IMG/VR virus record: IMGVR_UViG_3300003793_000002
Location: 1-30,756 of that record
Source: a virus
Taxonomy: Duplodnaviria; Caudoviricetes
DNA length: 30,756 bases
Direction: 5' to 3' (one strand)
The translations under genes were made by a program, and so were the position numbers. A model generated the notes under the pieces. The model made no database searches, was not told the origin of the DNA, and saw nothing but the letters and a program-made list of their open reading frames with translations. Shown piece by piece: positions 16,580 through 25,503 of this stretch (position 1 is the first letter of the stretch; the number at the start of each line of letters is the position of its first letter).

Positions 16580-17382
16580 TAATCTGAAATAATTGTTTCT
16601 TCAAACTCCACATCTTGAACTAATACAGGTCTTTCAATAAGCATTTTACCTGCTGCTTTAACCCGTTCAGCGAGAAAGTCTTTGTCTTGTTGGGGAATCT
16701 CAAACCTTATGATATTCAGGTTCTTGTAATAGCCACCATCAACTAGGTAAGGAAGTTCAGATATTGCACCTTTTGATACCCAATACAAGGAAGGTTCTTC
16801 TTCGGCCATTAGCTTAATCTCTTGAAGTTCGGATAGATACGGCATATACACGATAAGCTCGGCGTATTTACAGTCTGAGATACAAGCGTTGGAGACTAAT
16901 TGCCAGTAATAGGTGTCACCGTCCGAATGCTGTTCACGGATAATATCCATTACGTCATTTCCGGATAGTTCTTCGTTGTAAAGCGGATCAACCAACTGAC
17001 AGAAAGAAAGTAAAGTGATGGGGCATTTAAAGTCTACCACCGTATCGCCGTCCTTACCTCTTTTGATAGCATCTTTTGAACCACTCCAATAATCGAACTG
17101 AGGATGCACTTCTGTATCTTTGGTAGAAGCCTCGTATTCAAACCCGATAAGATTAATCACTCTTTGTTCAAGTAGCTTCCCCCACACTAAAGCCTTGGCG
17201 TTACTCTCAGCTTCTATTGCTCTACCTAATAACCTTTCGTAGTTTTTGTTCCGGATGTATGTGTTAGCCGGTGCGCCGAATATTGCGCCTTCTTTTGCAG
17301 CCTTTGCGGTGGGATTACTCATTAATGCTGCTATTTTACTCGATGTGAAATTCCCGTTACGTTGATGTGAATTGAATATCAT
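16579..17382 (-). CDS. YqaJ/lambda-exonuclease-like recombination nuclease
   Basis: R.GNFTSSKI, WGKLLE, SGSKD (SPD-like), DFKCP and YYWQ. Confidence 0.85.
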   Translation of the reverse strand: MIFNSHQRNGNFTSSKIAALMSNPTAKAAKEGAIFGAPANTYIRNKNYERLLGRAIEAESNAKALVWGKLLEQRVINLIGFEYEASTKDTEVHPQFDYWSGSKDAIKRGKDGDTVVDFKCPITLLSFCQLVDPLYNEELSGNDVMDIIREQHSDGDTYYWQLVSNACISDCKYAELIVYMPYLSELQEIKLMAEEEPSLYWVSKGAISELPYLVDGGYYKNLNIIRFEIPQQDKDFLAERVKAAGKMLIERPVLVQDVEFEETIISD

Positions 17383-17385
17383 AGT

Positions 17386-18219
17386 TTATAATTTTTGAAG
17401 GTAATCGTGTAGTTTTTGGTATGACTGCGCCTCTTTGTTTTCTACTATCCTAGTGGCGTTTTCTACTAGGTTCTCAGGGATTGAATCTTTCTTTAAATCG
17501 TACAGCTCTTTCAAATCTTCATAAGAAACACCTTTTGGCGTAGAGGATACAGTTTCATAGGTTGCAAATCCACTTTCTGTTGCCTCTCCTTCTGGAATCG
17601 GATTGCCGCTGATTTTATCATAGAGCCATTTGTAAGCCTTTCGTGTTGCTTTCCCGAGTACAGCATCTATCCCCATACCCTTGTTAGCCCTGATCTGAAT
17701 AGTAAGTTGATGTTGGCCAATGGCTTCGCCCTCTTTCCAATTAAGCGTTACCGGGACATTGACATTGGTAGCGGCATTATAGTTAGGTAAATCTTCCTTA
17801 ATTAATCCGAAAGAAACATCGTACTTTAATCCTGACCAATTATCAAGAAGGTATTTTAAGCCTTCCTTGGTGGCGTACATATTCCCTCCGATTATGTTCC
17901 ATTGATTACCGGTTGTTTCTAAGCCGTACAATGTCGCTTCTACTAAGCAATCTTTTACAATAGATTCCGGATACCCATCACCTTTTGTCCCATCCTGCTT
18001 TTTATCCTTATCGGTTTTAAATCCTAGCCTGTTACCTTGAAGTTGCATTATTGGTGCCATATACTCCTTGGTTAAGGCTAGTTTGAGTTCTTCTATGGCA
18101 GAAGCTACTACGAACGCTTTTTGGAAGCCTATAACGTTCTTTTGGCCTATTACCTTTGATGTGATGGCATTAAGTTTAATCGCCATTTCTTTACCTTGTG
18201 TTGCAAGTTCTGTACTCAT
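17386..18219 (-). CDS. Putative ssDNA-annealing protein (RecT/Beta-like)
   Basis: Adjacent to the exonuclease; GL...GNQ.NII.G..Y.TKEG and GKATRKA. The call rests mostly on context. Confidence 0.55.
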   Translation of the reverse strand: MSTELATQGKEMAIKLNAITSKVIGQKNVIGFQKAFVVASAIEELKLALTKEYMAPIMQLQGNRLGFKTDKDKKQDGTKGDGYPESIVKDCLVEATLYGLETTGNQWNIIGGNMYATKEGLKYLLDNWSGLKYDVSFGLIKEDLPNYNAATNVNVPVTLNWKEGEAIGQHQLTIQIRANKGMGIDAVLGKATRKAYKWLYDKISGNPIPEGEATESGFATYETVSSTPKGVSYEDLKELYDLKKDSIPENLVENATRIVENKEAQSYQKLHDYLQKL

Positions 18220-18239
18220 AATTTATTTTTACTTTGTGA

Positions 18240-18497
18240 TTAAATGTGTGCTTGTTTGCGGCTAACGAGTTGCCAATTAATAGAATCCACTATGCTTATG
18301 AATACCCCTGCTTCTTGTAGCAGCTTTGTTATGTCGCATTTAACGGTGATATAAGGGCTTGCTCTTTCATAAAGTACGATTGATATATCGTCATAGCTTT
18401 GAGGTTCTTCGCCAGGATTACACTCGGCAGAAACTATCAATCTTTGCTGTGTGATATTATCCTCTTTAACCTCTATTACCTTACTAACTATTGCCAT
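18240..18497 (-). CDS. Hypothetical protein
   Basis: Likely ATG at 18497. Confidence 0.55.
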   Translation of the reverse strand: MAIVSKVIEVKEDNITQQRLIVSAECNPGEEPQSYDDISIVLYERASPYITVKCDITKLLQEAGVFISIVDSINWQLVSRKQAHI

Positions 18498-18502
18498 AAC
18501 TG

Positions 18503-18589
18503 TTATTTTCTGCCTACAATACAAATGACTAAAACCAAAGTAGCCATAGCCATTATCTTGTAAATGCGTTTGTAATCTTGTTTTCTCAT
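18503..18589 (-). CDS. Small TM peptide (28 aa)
   Basis: MRKQDYKRIYKIMAMATLVLVICIVGRK; ATGA overlap. Confidence 0.45.
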   Translation of the reverse strand: MRKQDYKRIYKIMAMATLVLVICIVGRK

Positions 18590-18852
18590 GCTTTAACCTT
18601 CTTAGTTCTGATAGCCCATTTTTTACCGTCTTTGCCTTCAACGTATTTACCGGTCTTATCTATCATCCTAGTAATCGTTACGGTCTTTTCGTGGCCTAGA
18701 AAATCCATTACCTCGAAGCCATCATTAAATGGTAGTGCTTTCAATGCTCGTTCTTTTAGATCATTAATATCCATATCATAAAGCATAAGAGGAACATCTC
18801 TTTTAGTTGGCATATTTGGGTATTTGTATCGCCTTTTCTTTTCGTTTGTCAT
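18586..18852 (-). CDS. Hypothetical protein
   Basis: 88-aa ORF. Confidence 0.6.
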   Translation of the reverse strand: MTNEKKRRYKYPNMPTKRDVPLMLYDMDINDLKERALKALPFNDGFEVMDFLGHEKTVTITRMIDKTGKYVEGKDGKKWAIRTKKVKA

Positions 18853-18869
18853 AAAATAATCAAGTTTTT

Positions 18870-18899
18870 AAAAAGTGGAGGAAGTAGAAACCCCCTCCG
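18870..18899 (-). terminator. Terminator-like hairpin within the early operon
   Basis: GGAGGGGGTTTCTACTTCCTCC followed by ACTTTTT on the minus strand. Confidence 0.45.
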
Positions 18900-18924
18900 T
18901 GTTATATGTCCTACTAAAGAATCT

Positions 18925-19020
18925 TTAATCTTTTTTATGGCGAATCGCTATTAATCCGATTAGGCACGATATACAGCAGTAAACAGCCGCTATCAGTATA
19001 AATCCAACTACTCTTTCCAT
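18925..19020 (-). CDS. Small TM peptide (31 aa)
   Basis: MERVVGFILIAAVYCCISCLIGLIAIRHKKD; TAATG overlap. Confidence 0.45.
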   Translation of the reverse strand: MERVVGFILIAAVYCCISCLIGLIAIRHKKD

Positions 19021-19328
19021 TAGCTTTGTTTTGATTTGTCTAAATGAAGGGTGGTGCCATTAAGTAAAGCCTCTACATCATCTAAAGCCATTGGCTGGTA
19101 TATTCTCAACTCCCCAACTGCTACCACATTGTTTGATGGCTCTGGTAAGACAGCAGCAATTACTTCGCCTAATGTTTGGATAAAAGCTGAACGAGGGTGT
19201 GCGGTAAGCTTATCTTTATCAGCCCAACCGGCACTATGTATTACTTCGTCACGGTAAGCGTTAAAATTGGCATTTAGCTTATCCATTAAGCCCTTTATCT
19301 TCTCTATCTCTTGAATGTCTTGCTGCAT
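19020..19328 (-). CDS. Hypothetical protein
   Basis: 102-aa ORF. Confidence 0.65.
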   Translation of the reverse strand: MQQDIQEIEKIKGLMDKLNANFNAYRDEVIHSAGWADKDKLTAHPRSAFIQTLGEVIAAVLPEPSNNVVAVGELRIYQPMALDDVEALLNGTTLHLDKSKQS

Positions 19329-19329
19329 A

Positions 19330-19431
19330 CTAAAAACTATTATCGTTGTTATCTAATTGAACTGAATCGTATTTAATGAATAAGTAGTCTAATACTGTAA
19401 TCACTATCATGATGGCAAGTGTGTAAAGCAT
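19330..19431 (-). CDS. Small TM peptide (33 aa)
   Basis: MLYTLAIMIVITVLDYLFIKY...; fills the gap exactly. Confidence 0.45.
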   Translation of the reverse strand: MLYTLAIMIVITVLDYLFIKYDSVQLDNNDNSF

Positions 19432-19435
19432 ATCG

Positions 19436-19621
19436 TTATTTGTTTAATTGAGCAATTTGTGTTTTAAGATAATTGACCCTGTTTTCGTTTGGACACTTTT
19501 TGTCCAATTCCTCTTTAAGCCTTTCAGGTAGATCTGACACTAGCCATCTGTATAAGTGCTTTAGTGAATACTGCCTGTCGCTATTCCTCAAAGGATGGAA
19601 GTTTACGAATGTGTTTGTCAT
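19436..19621 (-). CDS. Hypothetical protein
   Basis: 61-aa ORF. Confidence 0.55.
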   Translation of the reverse strand: MTNTFVNFHPLRNSDRQYSLKHLYRWLVSDLPERLKEELDKKCPNENRVNYLKTQIAQLNK

Positions 19622-19754
19622 TGTGTATAGCTTTAATTACTGAATCAATTTTTCTATGTTTCTCGGTTTCGTTAAGCATCATTTGGGCTTGCATTAAATC
19701 CTCTACCGGATTGTAAGGAAGAATAACTGTAACGTGGTCTGTTTGAATTATCAT
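19581..19754 (-). CDS. Hypothetical protein (57 aa)
   Basis: MIIQTDHVTVILPYNPVEDL...; ATGA overlap with the Xis-like gene. Confidence 0.5.
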   Translation of the reverse strand: MIIQTDHVTVILPYNPVEDLMQAQMMLNETEKHRKIDSVIKAIHNDKHIRKLPSFEE

Positions 19755-20005
19755 AAACCGATTAATTTAGACTTGTAGTAAAAGACTTCTTCAAAGTCGT
19801 TTTTGATAAAATGTTCGCCTAATCTGTACGTCTTATTTGACCTCCTGTTCTGCATTGTTTTCACATCTTTGCCTACTAACTTAGCAGCATCTTTCTCGTT
19901 GATAAAATCGCTTGCGATAGCCTTCTCATTACTCTGCTTCTCAATGTTTCTAAGCGACTTCATAATGTTGTCCAGAAAGCCTTTTGGTACTGTAACGTGT
20001 TCCAT
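19751..20005 (-). CDS. Excisionase-like HTH protein
   Basis: FINEKDAAKLVGKDVKTMQNRR...VFYYKS. Confidence 0.65.
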   Translation of the reverse strand: MEHVTVPKGFLDNIMKSLRNIEKQSNEKAIASDFINEKDAAKLVGKDVKTMQNRRSNKTYRLGEHFIKNDFEEVFYYKSKLIGL

Positions 20006-20296
20006 CTATTTGCCTATTTTCTTTACCAACGCCTTTTGTCTCTTTCTGATAATAGGAGATAAAATCTCGTACAGTTTAGTAGCAGCTTCGATATTACCTA
20101 TCTTGTTGTTGAAGTACCTAGAAATAAGTGCAACTGAAACAACATTTTCGCCGTGAACATTGGCACCAAGGTTCAATACTTTACCTAATTCTATCTGAGC
20201 CAGCTTCCTATCTTCTGAGGTAACGTGCTCGGCTAGTTCGTGCAACTTTTTACCGATTTGTTCCTTTAAAATATCTTTACTTAAAATCTTTGCCAT
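20006..20296 (-). CDS. Cro-like/HTH regulator
   Basis: VSVALISRYFN; divergent from CI. Confidence 0.5.
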   Translation of the reverse strand: MAKILSKDILKEQIGKKLHELAEHVTSEDRKLAQIELGKVLNLGANVHGENVVSVALISRYFNNKIGNIEAATKLYEILSPIIRKRQKALVKKIGK

Positions 20297-20349
20297 TTTG
20301 TTATTGCTTTGTTATACCTTTGTGTTTTGTATGTAAAAAGTAATAGGGT

Positions 20350-20529
20350 TTAATTAGTATCAGGAAGGGTGTAAACAGTCGTTTGTTTGATGTCGTGCAA
20401 GACTTCATCGAGAATGTTTTCTACCTCTTTTATTGGCAGTCCTTCAACGTGGCGTTTTATTTCGTTTTTGCGTTCTGCCATTATTTGCTTAGAGAGGTCG
20501 CTACTAATTATGCTATCATTTTTGTTCAT
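20350..20529 (-). CDS. Hypothetical protein (59 aa)
   Basis: MNKNDSIISSDLSKQIMAERK...; first ORF after the leftward promoter. Confidence 0.5.
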   Translation of the reverse strand: MNKNDSIISSDLSKQIMAERKNEIKRHVEGLPIKEVENILDEVLHDIKQTTVYTLPDTN

Positions 20530-20566
20530 ACCTAAAAGCGTTATTTGTGTGTTGCTTTATTGCTTT

Positions 20567-20610
20567 GACAGTGTAAAAATAGGACAATAAGTACAAAAAG
20601 TACAAGTTTG
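20567..20610. promoter_or_regulatory. Leftward lytic promoter / operator region
   Basis: TATTTTTA -7-like element on minus; AAGTACAA direct repeats between the divergent genes. Confidence 0.5.
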
Positions 20611-20666
20611 AAAGAAATATAGAAATTGTATAATTATTTACGATTTATTTAAATAATATCTAACAA

Positions 20667-21377
20667 ATGGCAGTTGATATTGAAAAATATCTAAGGGTTT
20701 TAAAGAGTAGGGGCATCACTAAAGGAGATGTTGCTGCCGCTTTGAGCATAACTCCTTCATATTTATCAAAAATTATCAGTAACGAAAAGCCACTGACTGA
20801 TACTATACTTAAAAACCTTACAGCAGAATTTGGCAGCTATGAAGAAGTGGTAGACAAAACCCCTCCTGAGCCATACTACCGAAAAAGACTTGAATTAAAA
20901 AACACCGAAAATCCTCGAACCGTGAAATTGTATAACTCTAGTGTGGCAGCCACGCCGAAAGCCGGAAACGGAATGGCAGTTACAAACAAAACAGACTATG
21001 TAAACATCTATGACGTATTGGGTAAATGTGACTTCGCTTTGCCTGTAAGTGGGAATAGTATGATGCCTAATTATCCACCTTCTAGTGTGGTCGGAATGGT
21101 AAAGAAAACAGATTGTAAAATAAGACCAGGAGAAGTCTATGTAGTGGAAACGGCTGACGAGGCTGTACTGAAAAGACTATACTACAAAGAAGATGATAGT
21201 AACAGCGAAATACTTGTTCTGATCTCAGATAACACTATGGTAATTGATAGCGGTGCCAGAAAAGGGATGTTAGCCTATCCGCCTTATGAATTACACATAA
21301 AAGATATAATAGGGCTGTATAGCGTCACCGGAAGCGCAAAGATTATGTTGTATGGTAAAAGGATGATTGAATTATAA
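20667..21377 (+). CDS. CI-like repressor (XRE HTH + S24 peptidase)
   Basis: ITKGDVAAALSITPSYLSKI; VSGNSM and VLKRL catalytic Ser/Lys; LISDN. Confidence 0.92.
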   Translation: MAVDIEKYLRVLKSRGITKGDVAAALSITPSYLSKIISNEKPLTDTILKNLTAEFGSYEEVVDKTPPEPYYRKRLELKNTENPRTVKLYNSSVAATPKAGNGMAVTNKTDYVNIYDVLGKCDFALPVSGNSMMPNYPPSSVVGMVKKTDCKIRPGEVYVVETADEAVLKRLYYKEDDSNSEILVLISDNTMVIDSGARKGMLAYPPYELHIKDIIGLYSVTGSAKIMLYGKRMIEL

Positions 21378-21386
21378 ACTATCAAT

Positions 21387-21632
21387 ATGAAAAAGAAACT
21401 TACTTACGGCGTATGCGCAATCATTCTGCTACTCGTTCTGACAAACCCCACCATGAGGGATTTTAAGGAGAATCAGGGTATAGTAAATGATGTTATGACA
21501 TATACTACTCAAACGAATAAAGAATCGAATTTCTTGCTGTTTAGCGTGTTCGCAACAAATCATTATTTGAACAACCACGATGTAAGAGTAAAATATATCG
21601 GCATCTTAAAAAACTTTTGGAAAATAAACTAA
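21387..21632 (+). CDS. Membrane-anchored protein (DUF4359-like)
   Basis: TM followed by TNP, NFLLFSVF and YIGILKNF. Confidence 0.6.
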   Translation: MKKKLTYGVCAIILLLVLTNPTMRDFKENQGIVNDVMTYTTQTNKESNFLLFSVFATNHYLNNHDVRVKYIGILKNFWKIN

Positions 21633-21637
21633 ATATT

Positions 21638-21934
21638 ATGACACAACCATTCGGCGAACTACTTAAAAAGTACAGAGAAAACAACGGTTTAACTCAGATA
21701 GATTTAGCTGAGAAGCTGGGCGTTACGCAACAAAGTATTGTGTATCTAGAGAATAGGGATTACGTTAAACCTTCAACCAAAAAGGATATTGAAGAAAAGA
21801 TTGGCTTTAATCTCGATTCATTGCTTCCGGGTAACAGCGCTTTTAAAGATGCAAAATACTATCAGAAACAAGCGATAATTTACAAAGAAATGCACGACCA
21901 TTGTACAAAGATGGCTAAACTGTTGGGAGGGTAG
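21638..21934 (+). CDS. XRE-family HTH regulator
   Basis: LKKYRENNGLTQIDLAEKLGVTQQSIVYLE. Confidence 0.88.
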   Translation: MTQPFGELLKKYRENNGLTQIDLAEKLGVTQQSIVYLENRDYVKPSTKKDIEEKIGFNLDSLLPGNSAFKDAKYYQKQAIIYKEMHDHCTKMAKLLGG

Positions 21935-22363
21935 CTATGCAAGTTTACCCTCTCTCCTTAATTGAGTGTATCTCTCTTGCAATTTTTTATCTCTAGCCGT
22001 TAGTTTACTTTTTCTTACTATTCTTTCCATACGGGTTTCAACTTTCTTTTTAGGTTTATTGGGGTTCTTCTTTTTTCTAGTACGTCTTTTATTGGGCAAT
22101 ATCGGGGCGTACTTTATTTTATCGCTACCAATATTATGTTCTTTTTGGTGACAAGGACGGCAAAGCGTTATTAAATGCTTATCGGGGCTTTCCCACGCCA
22201 TTTTACCTTTTATATATTTTTTGTGGTGGATTTGTAGCCTTGTTTTATTCCCACATTTTTTGCAAGTGTAATTATCCCTCTCTAGTATTTGTAATCTCCT
22301 AGCTTTCCATTCAGGAGTTAGTAATTGTTCTTTATAGGTTAAACCTTTTTTTACTTCTGTCAT
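21935..22363 (-). CDS. HNH endonuclease with basic tail
   Basis: W...R..ILERDNYTCKKCG, LQIHH and LITLCRPCH; own TACTTTTG promoter element at 22371-22378. Confidence 0.88.
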   Translation of the reverse strand: MTEVKKGLTYKEQLLTPEWKARRLQILERDNYTCKKCGNKTRLQIHHKKYIKGKMAWESPDKHLITLCRPCHQKEHNIGSDKIKYAPILPNKRRTRKKKNPNKPKKKVETRMERIVRKSKLTARDKKLQERYTQLRREGKLA

Positions 22364-22423
22364 AGCATAACAAAAGTACAAGTAAAAACAAATAAAAAAC
22401 AATCTTTTGGCTGTATTTTCTTT

Positions 22424-23545
22424 TTAATTCAATCTATCCATAATCTTTTTACTCAAATCAATATTGCTTATCTTGGCGTATATTCTAGCCGTCTGAGGCG
22501 TATCCCCCAACATTTCTGCAACTTCATCTACCGTAAACCCTTTTGACATCATCATCATTGCAAATGAATGTCGGGCGGTATGGAATTTCACATTCTTGTT
22601 AATCCCTGCCAGCTTTGCAATCGCTTTAACGTGTTCCCGAACCTTTTGTTCCGATTCAGTCATTTTATTCTTGGATACATATTCGAGTATTGGCACTAAC
22701 TTGTTGTAAATAGGGATAGAAACGATTTTGCCGTTTTTTTTAGCCTGTAAAGTAACTTGGTTATCCATTACCCTTTTACTTACATCGAACGTCAAACAAT
22801 CGCTTATCCTATACCCTAAGTAGCAAGATAGCAAGAAGTAATACCCTGCGTTTCTCATTTCGGGAATATTAACCCCGGCTACTACCTTCTCGAAGTTTGC
22901 CACCTCTTCTTCAGTAAGATAGTCCGGCATCGTCCTTTCAGATTTAGGGTTGATGTATTTTCTGAACGGATCATCTTTGATATAATCCTTTTTCATAGCA
23001 TGGTTTATAATAGCCTTTAGGAGTGCCATATTCCCCTTTAAAGTGTTCCGAACTATTCCTGTATCCATTAAGTATCTTTCAAAGGAAATTACCCACTTAT
23101 AATCAATTTCTGCAAGCCTGGTCCTATCGTCATAATCCTTTACTTTGTCGGACATAACTTTATAATGTTTTAGCCGTCCTTCTGATAACTTCCCTGTAAG
23201 CTCTTGAATTAAGTCCTCAATGAAGTTTGTTAGTAGTCCAGATGAAGTGTCTATACTATCGCCGGAAACAATTTTCTTTAGTATCTTCTCGGTGATAGGT
23301 ATATCCTTTCGCATACACTCTAAAATATTACTTTCGATATTGTTTGCAATCGACTTTATGATGGCGTTTAACTTCACCTTTTCTTTATGCCAAACTACAT
23401 TCCCGTTCTTGAAATTATCGGTAGGGAGTTTGATGCCAGTGGCCTTGTACGCCTTTAGTTTGTTGTTAATTACCTGAATTGAAATGCCGTGACAGCCGTT
23501 TTTGTCGGCATAACCCATTAGAATAGGCTTGACTGAATATCCCAT
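22424..23545 (-). CDS. int: Tyrosine integrase (Bacteroidota type with arm-binding and SAM-like domains)
   Basis: GYRISD, KK, HTARHSFA, LGD and IYAK. Confidence 0.93.
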   Translation of the reverse strand: MGYSVKPILMGYADKNGCHGISIQVINNKLKAYKATGIKLPTDNFKNGNVVWHKEKVKLNAIIKSIANNIESNILECMRKDIPITEKILKKIVSGDSIDTSSGLLTNFIEDLIQELTGKLSEGRLKHYKVMSDKVKDYDDRTRLAEIDYKWVISFERYLMDTGIVRNTLKGNMALLKAIINHAMKKDYIKDDPFRKYINPKSERTMPDYLTEEEVANFEKVVAGVNIPEMRNAGYYFLLSCYLGYRISDCLTFDVSKRVMDNQVTLQAKKNGKIVSIPIYNKLVPILEYVSKNKMTESEQKVREHVKAIAKLAGINKNVKFHTARHSFAMMMMSKGFTVDEVAEMLGDTPQTARIYAKISNIDLSKKIMDRLN

Positions 23546-23556
23546 AATGTAGCGTT

Positions 23557-23835
23557 TTACAGAACAAAAATATAGAATTATAGAACTATTACAGAATTAT
23601 TTTATAAATATTAGGGAAGATTTGGGAAGATTTAGGATAATGGCTGAACGAGTAAAAGTATGCAAATTTGAAAAATACAGCTATAAACCATTGAAAATCA
23701 GCGTATTTGGCATAAAAAAAGCAGCTTTTGAGGGCTGCTTAATTTTATTCTATGTGATCCGGATTGGATTCGCATCTTGTGCTTATTTTAACCTAAATTA
23801 TAGAACTTTTTCCCGTTGTAGACTATTTATAGAAC
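23557..23835. mobile_element. attP: arm repeats flanking a tRNA-3'-end core (23754-23772)
   Basis: TTAYAGAAY-like repeats at 23557, 23570, 23578, 23589, 23798 and 23827; GGGAAGATTT twice at 23614-23633; core CGAATCCAATCCGGATCAC on minus resembles a tRNA T-arm/acceptor end (probably Arg). No full tRNA is present. Confidence 0.8.
23714..23740 (-). terminator. Terminator downstream of the att core (would terminate the restored tRNA)
   Basis: AAGCAGCCC-TCAA-AAGCTGCTTTTTTT. Confidence 0.7.
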
Positions 23836-23849
23836 TTTATTGAGAAAGG

Positions 23850-24179
23850 TTATATCCTGTAATTTTTATAATAAACCTGCCCCTTTTCAATCTGCTGTTT
23901 CAGGTAAAAATCTGCCATACGGTGCAGTTCGATGTCAATATCTTCACGGTAGATTTTATCGTTGGACATAGTGCTATCAAACGACACTACTACATTGTAT
24001 CCTTCAACCTGTACTGTTTGAGGAAACCGTTGCATATAGTTTACCACCTCTTCTGATCCGTTCTTATTCGTTCGCCACTTGTAAACCCTGGCCACCATGA
24101 AAGGAGGTCGCTTTGTGTTCACTATATAGTTACTTTTATCATCGCCCTGAGCTTGTATAAAATAGTGTTCTTGTATCAT
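23850..24179 (-). CDS. Hypothetical protein
   Basis: 109-aa ORF. Confidence 0.7.
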   Translation of the reverse strand: MIQEHYFIQAQGDDKSNYIVNTKRPPFMVARVYKWRTNKNGSEEVVNYMQRFPQTVQVEGYNVVVSFDSTMSNDKIYREDIDIELHRMADFYLKQQIEKGQVYYKNYRI

Positions 24180-24311
24180 TTGCTTAATTTGCTTTTATGA
24201 TGTAATATTATTTCTTTTCTTTTTGCAAGGCTATCGTACCTCTTTTGATACGCCAAAAATATCTTATATGGCTAATTTCTGGCTAGTTTCTTTCTTACGC
24301 TGCGCATTTCC

Positions 24312-24779
24312 CTATCTACCCCCAATACTATCAATTTGCCAAAAGACGGTTGCGCTATCCCAATGTTTTGAAGTACCTATGAAATACTTGCTTATCAGTC
24401 CGCTTGTAACATCTTCGCCAAACAACCCAATTAGGAACGTAACAAAGTGGTTTGCTTCATATCCTTTGAGGCTACTTTTAAACACATCCTTTGAGATATA
24501 AGAAACGGGGTTAGCTGGTGCAATTGGTTTGGGCTTGCTGTACTGTTTCGGCTGTGGTGTATCAAATGAAATATTGTTATCGGTAAAATATTGCTTGGGT
24601 GTGTAATGATAACCGCAATTGCTCTCACGGTTGCACCTACCGACATTGGGGGCAACGTGTAAGCCTGTTTCCTTATCAATGTATAGGGAAAGGGTTCTAT
24701 CCCTATGGTTGCAACTTGGGCAACGGTAACGGGTGTTTATTCCCTTGTATGGCTCTAATATGTATCTATGTTCGTTCAT
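24312..24779 (-). pseudogene. 3'-truncated DUF6371/PG0870-like zinc-finger primase-type gene
   Basis: RYILEPYKG...CPSC...GRCNRESNCGYHYTPKQYF...ATVFWQID, then an early stop. Confidence 0.75.
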
Positions 24780-24801
24780 TTTAAAAAAGTATTTTTTGCA
24801 A

Positions 24802-24882
24802 TGTCCTTTGTCTTTATTGTCCTTTCTGTCTTTATTGTCTTATTTACCCAAAAGGACAAAAGGACAAAAAGGACTTAGGACA
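24802..24882. repeat. Convergent iteron-like array
   Basis: TGTCYTW five times (24802-24842) facing WAGGACW four times (24852-24882). Confidence 0.85.
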
Positions 24883-24883
24883 A

Positions 24884-24965
24884 TTAGTTTTTTACACTTT
24901 TTGAATATTGCCCGTGAGCTATCTTTTTAAAGAAATTCTTATCGTTCAAAAAGCGTTGGGTAGCC
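24884..24965 (-). pseudogene. Start-less C-terminal gene fragment (DUF3987-like)
   Basis: TQRFLNDKNFFKKIAHGQYSKSVKN* with no ATG; resembles the ends of genes that precede DUF6371 in Bacteroidota mobile elements. Confidence 0.45.
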
Positions 24966-25042
24966 TTAGGTAAAAGATAGCCGGAATAGGCGAAGGAAGA
25001 GGGGAGTAGGGGATTGAGACACGAAATTAACTTTTAAGTGAA

Positions 25043-25255
25043 TTAATTACTTTGTTTATTACTATCAATCCCTTTAGCCCAACCCAATAGAAACATATTC
25101 AAATATTCATAAGATAGTGGGGGGCTTACACTTATCCCTCTGCTATTTACTGCAATATAATTTTTAATTTTCTTTCTTTTATCCTCGAAGTGGTATTCCT
25201 TAATTGTTATCCCTCTGTTATTGGCTGCGTTCTGCAATGCTTGTAGCTCGTTCAT
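25043..25255 (-). CDS. Hypothetical early protein
   Basis: 70-aa ORF. Confidence 0.7.
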   Translation of the reverse strand: MNELQALQNAANNRGITIKEYHFEDKRKKIKNYIAVNSRGISVSPPLSYEYLNMFLLGWAKGIDSNKQSN

Positions 25256-25266
25256 TTTACTTTGTT

Positions 25267-25491
25267 TTAATTTTTTAAAATTGGGTTAATTGTATTGTAA
25301 AGGCTTTCGAATAGATTGTCATCGCTGCCGAAAACCTCGTTTTTTAGAAATATAAAACCGTTGTTACCCTTGAACACTTTACTGTCATTTTCGGCATACC
25401 AACTTTTAATTGCATCGCCTAAACGGATGGACCTTATAGTGTCGGTACAGTTCATTATATCTTTCCACAATTTTTTTCTTTTGTTTTTCAT
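25267..25491 (-). CDS. Hypothetical early protein
   Basis: 74-aa ORF. Confidence 0.65.
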   Translation of the reverse strand: MKNKRKKLWKDIMNCTDTIRSIRLGDAIKSWYAENDSKVFKGNNGFIFLKNEVFGSDDNLFESLYNTINPILKN

Positions 25492-25503
25492 CTTGCTAAT
25501 TTT

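Noticed and set aside
23767-23793. dif-like site (GATTCGCATCT TGTGC TTATTTTAACC)
   Set aside because: The spacer is 5 nt rather than 6 and several positions mismatch; the att core explains it.
23754-23830. Complete tRNA gene
   Set aside because: Only the last ~19 nt match; there are no D or anticodon arms.
16454-24270. Genome-wide TAG recoding, suggested by in-frame TAGs at 16454 and about 24272 and by the TAG-ATG junction at 20003-20008
   Set aside because: All long genes are intact in the standard code, TAG ends many genes at sensible positions, and no suppressor tRNA is visible.
24802-24882. CRISPR array
   Set aside because: The units are 7-9 bp with no spacers, and there are no cas genes.
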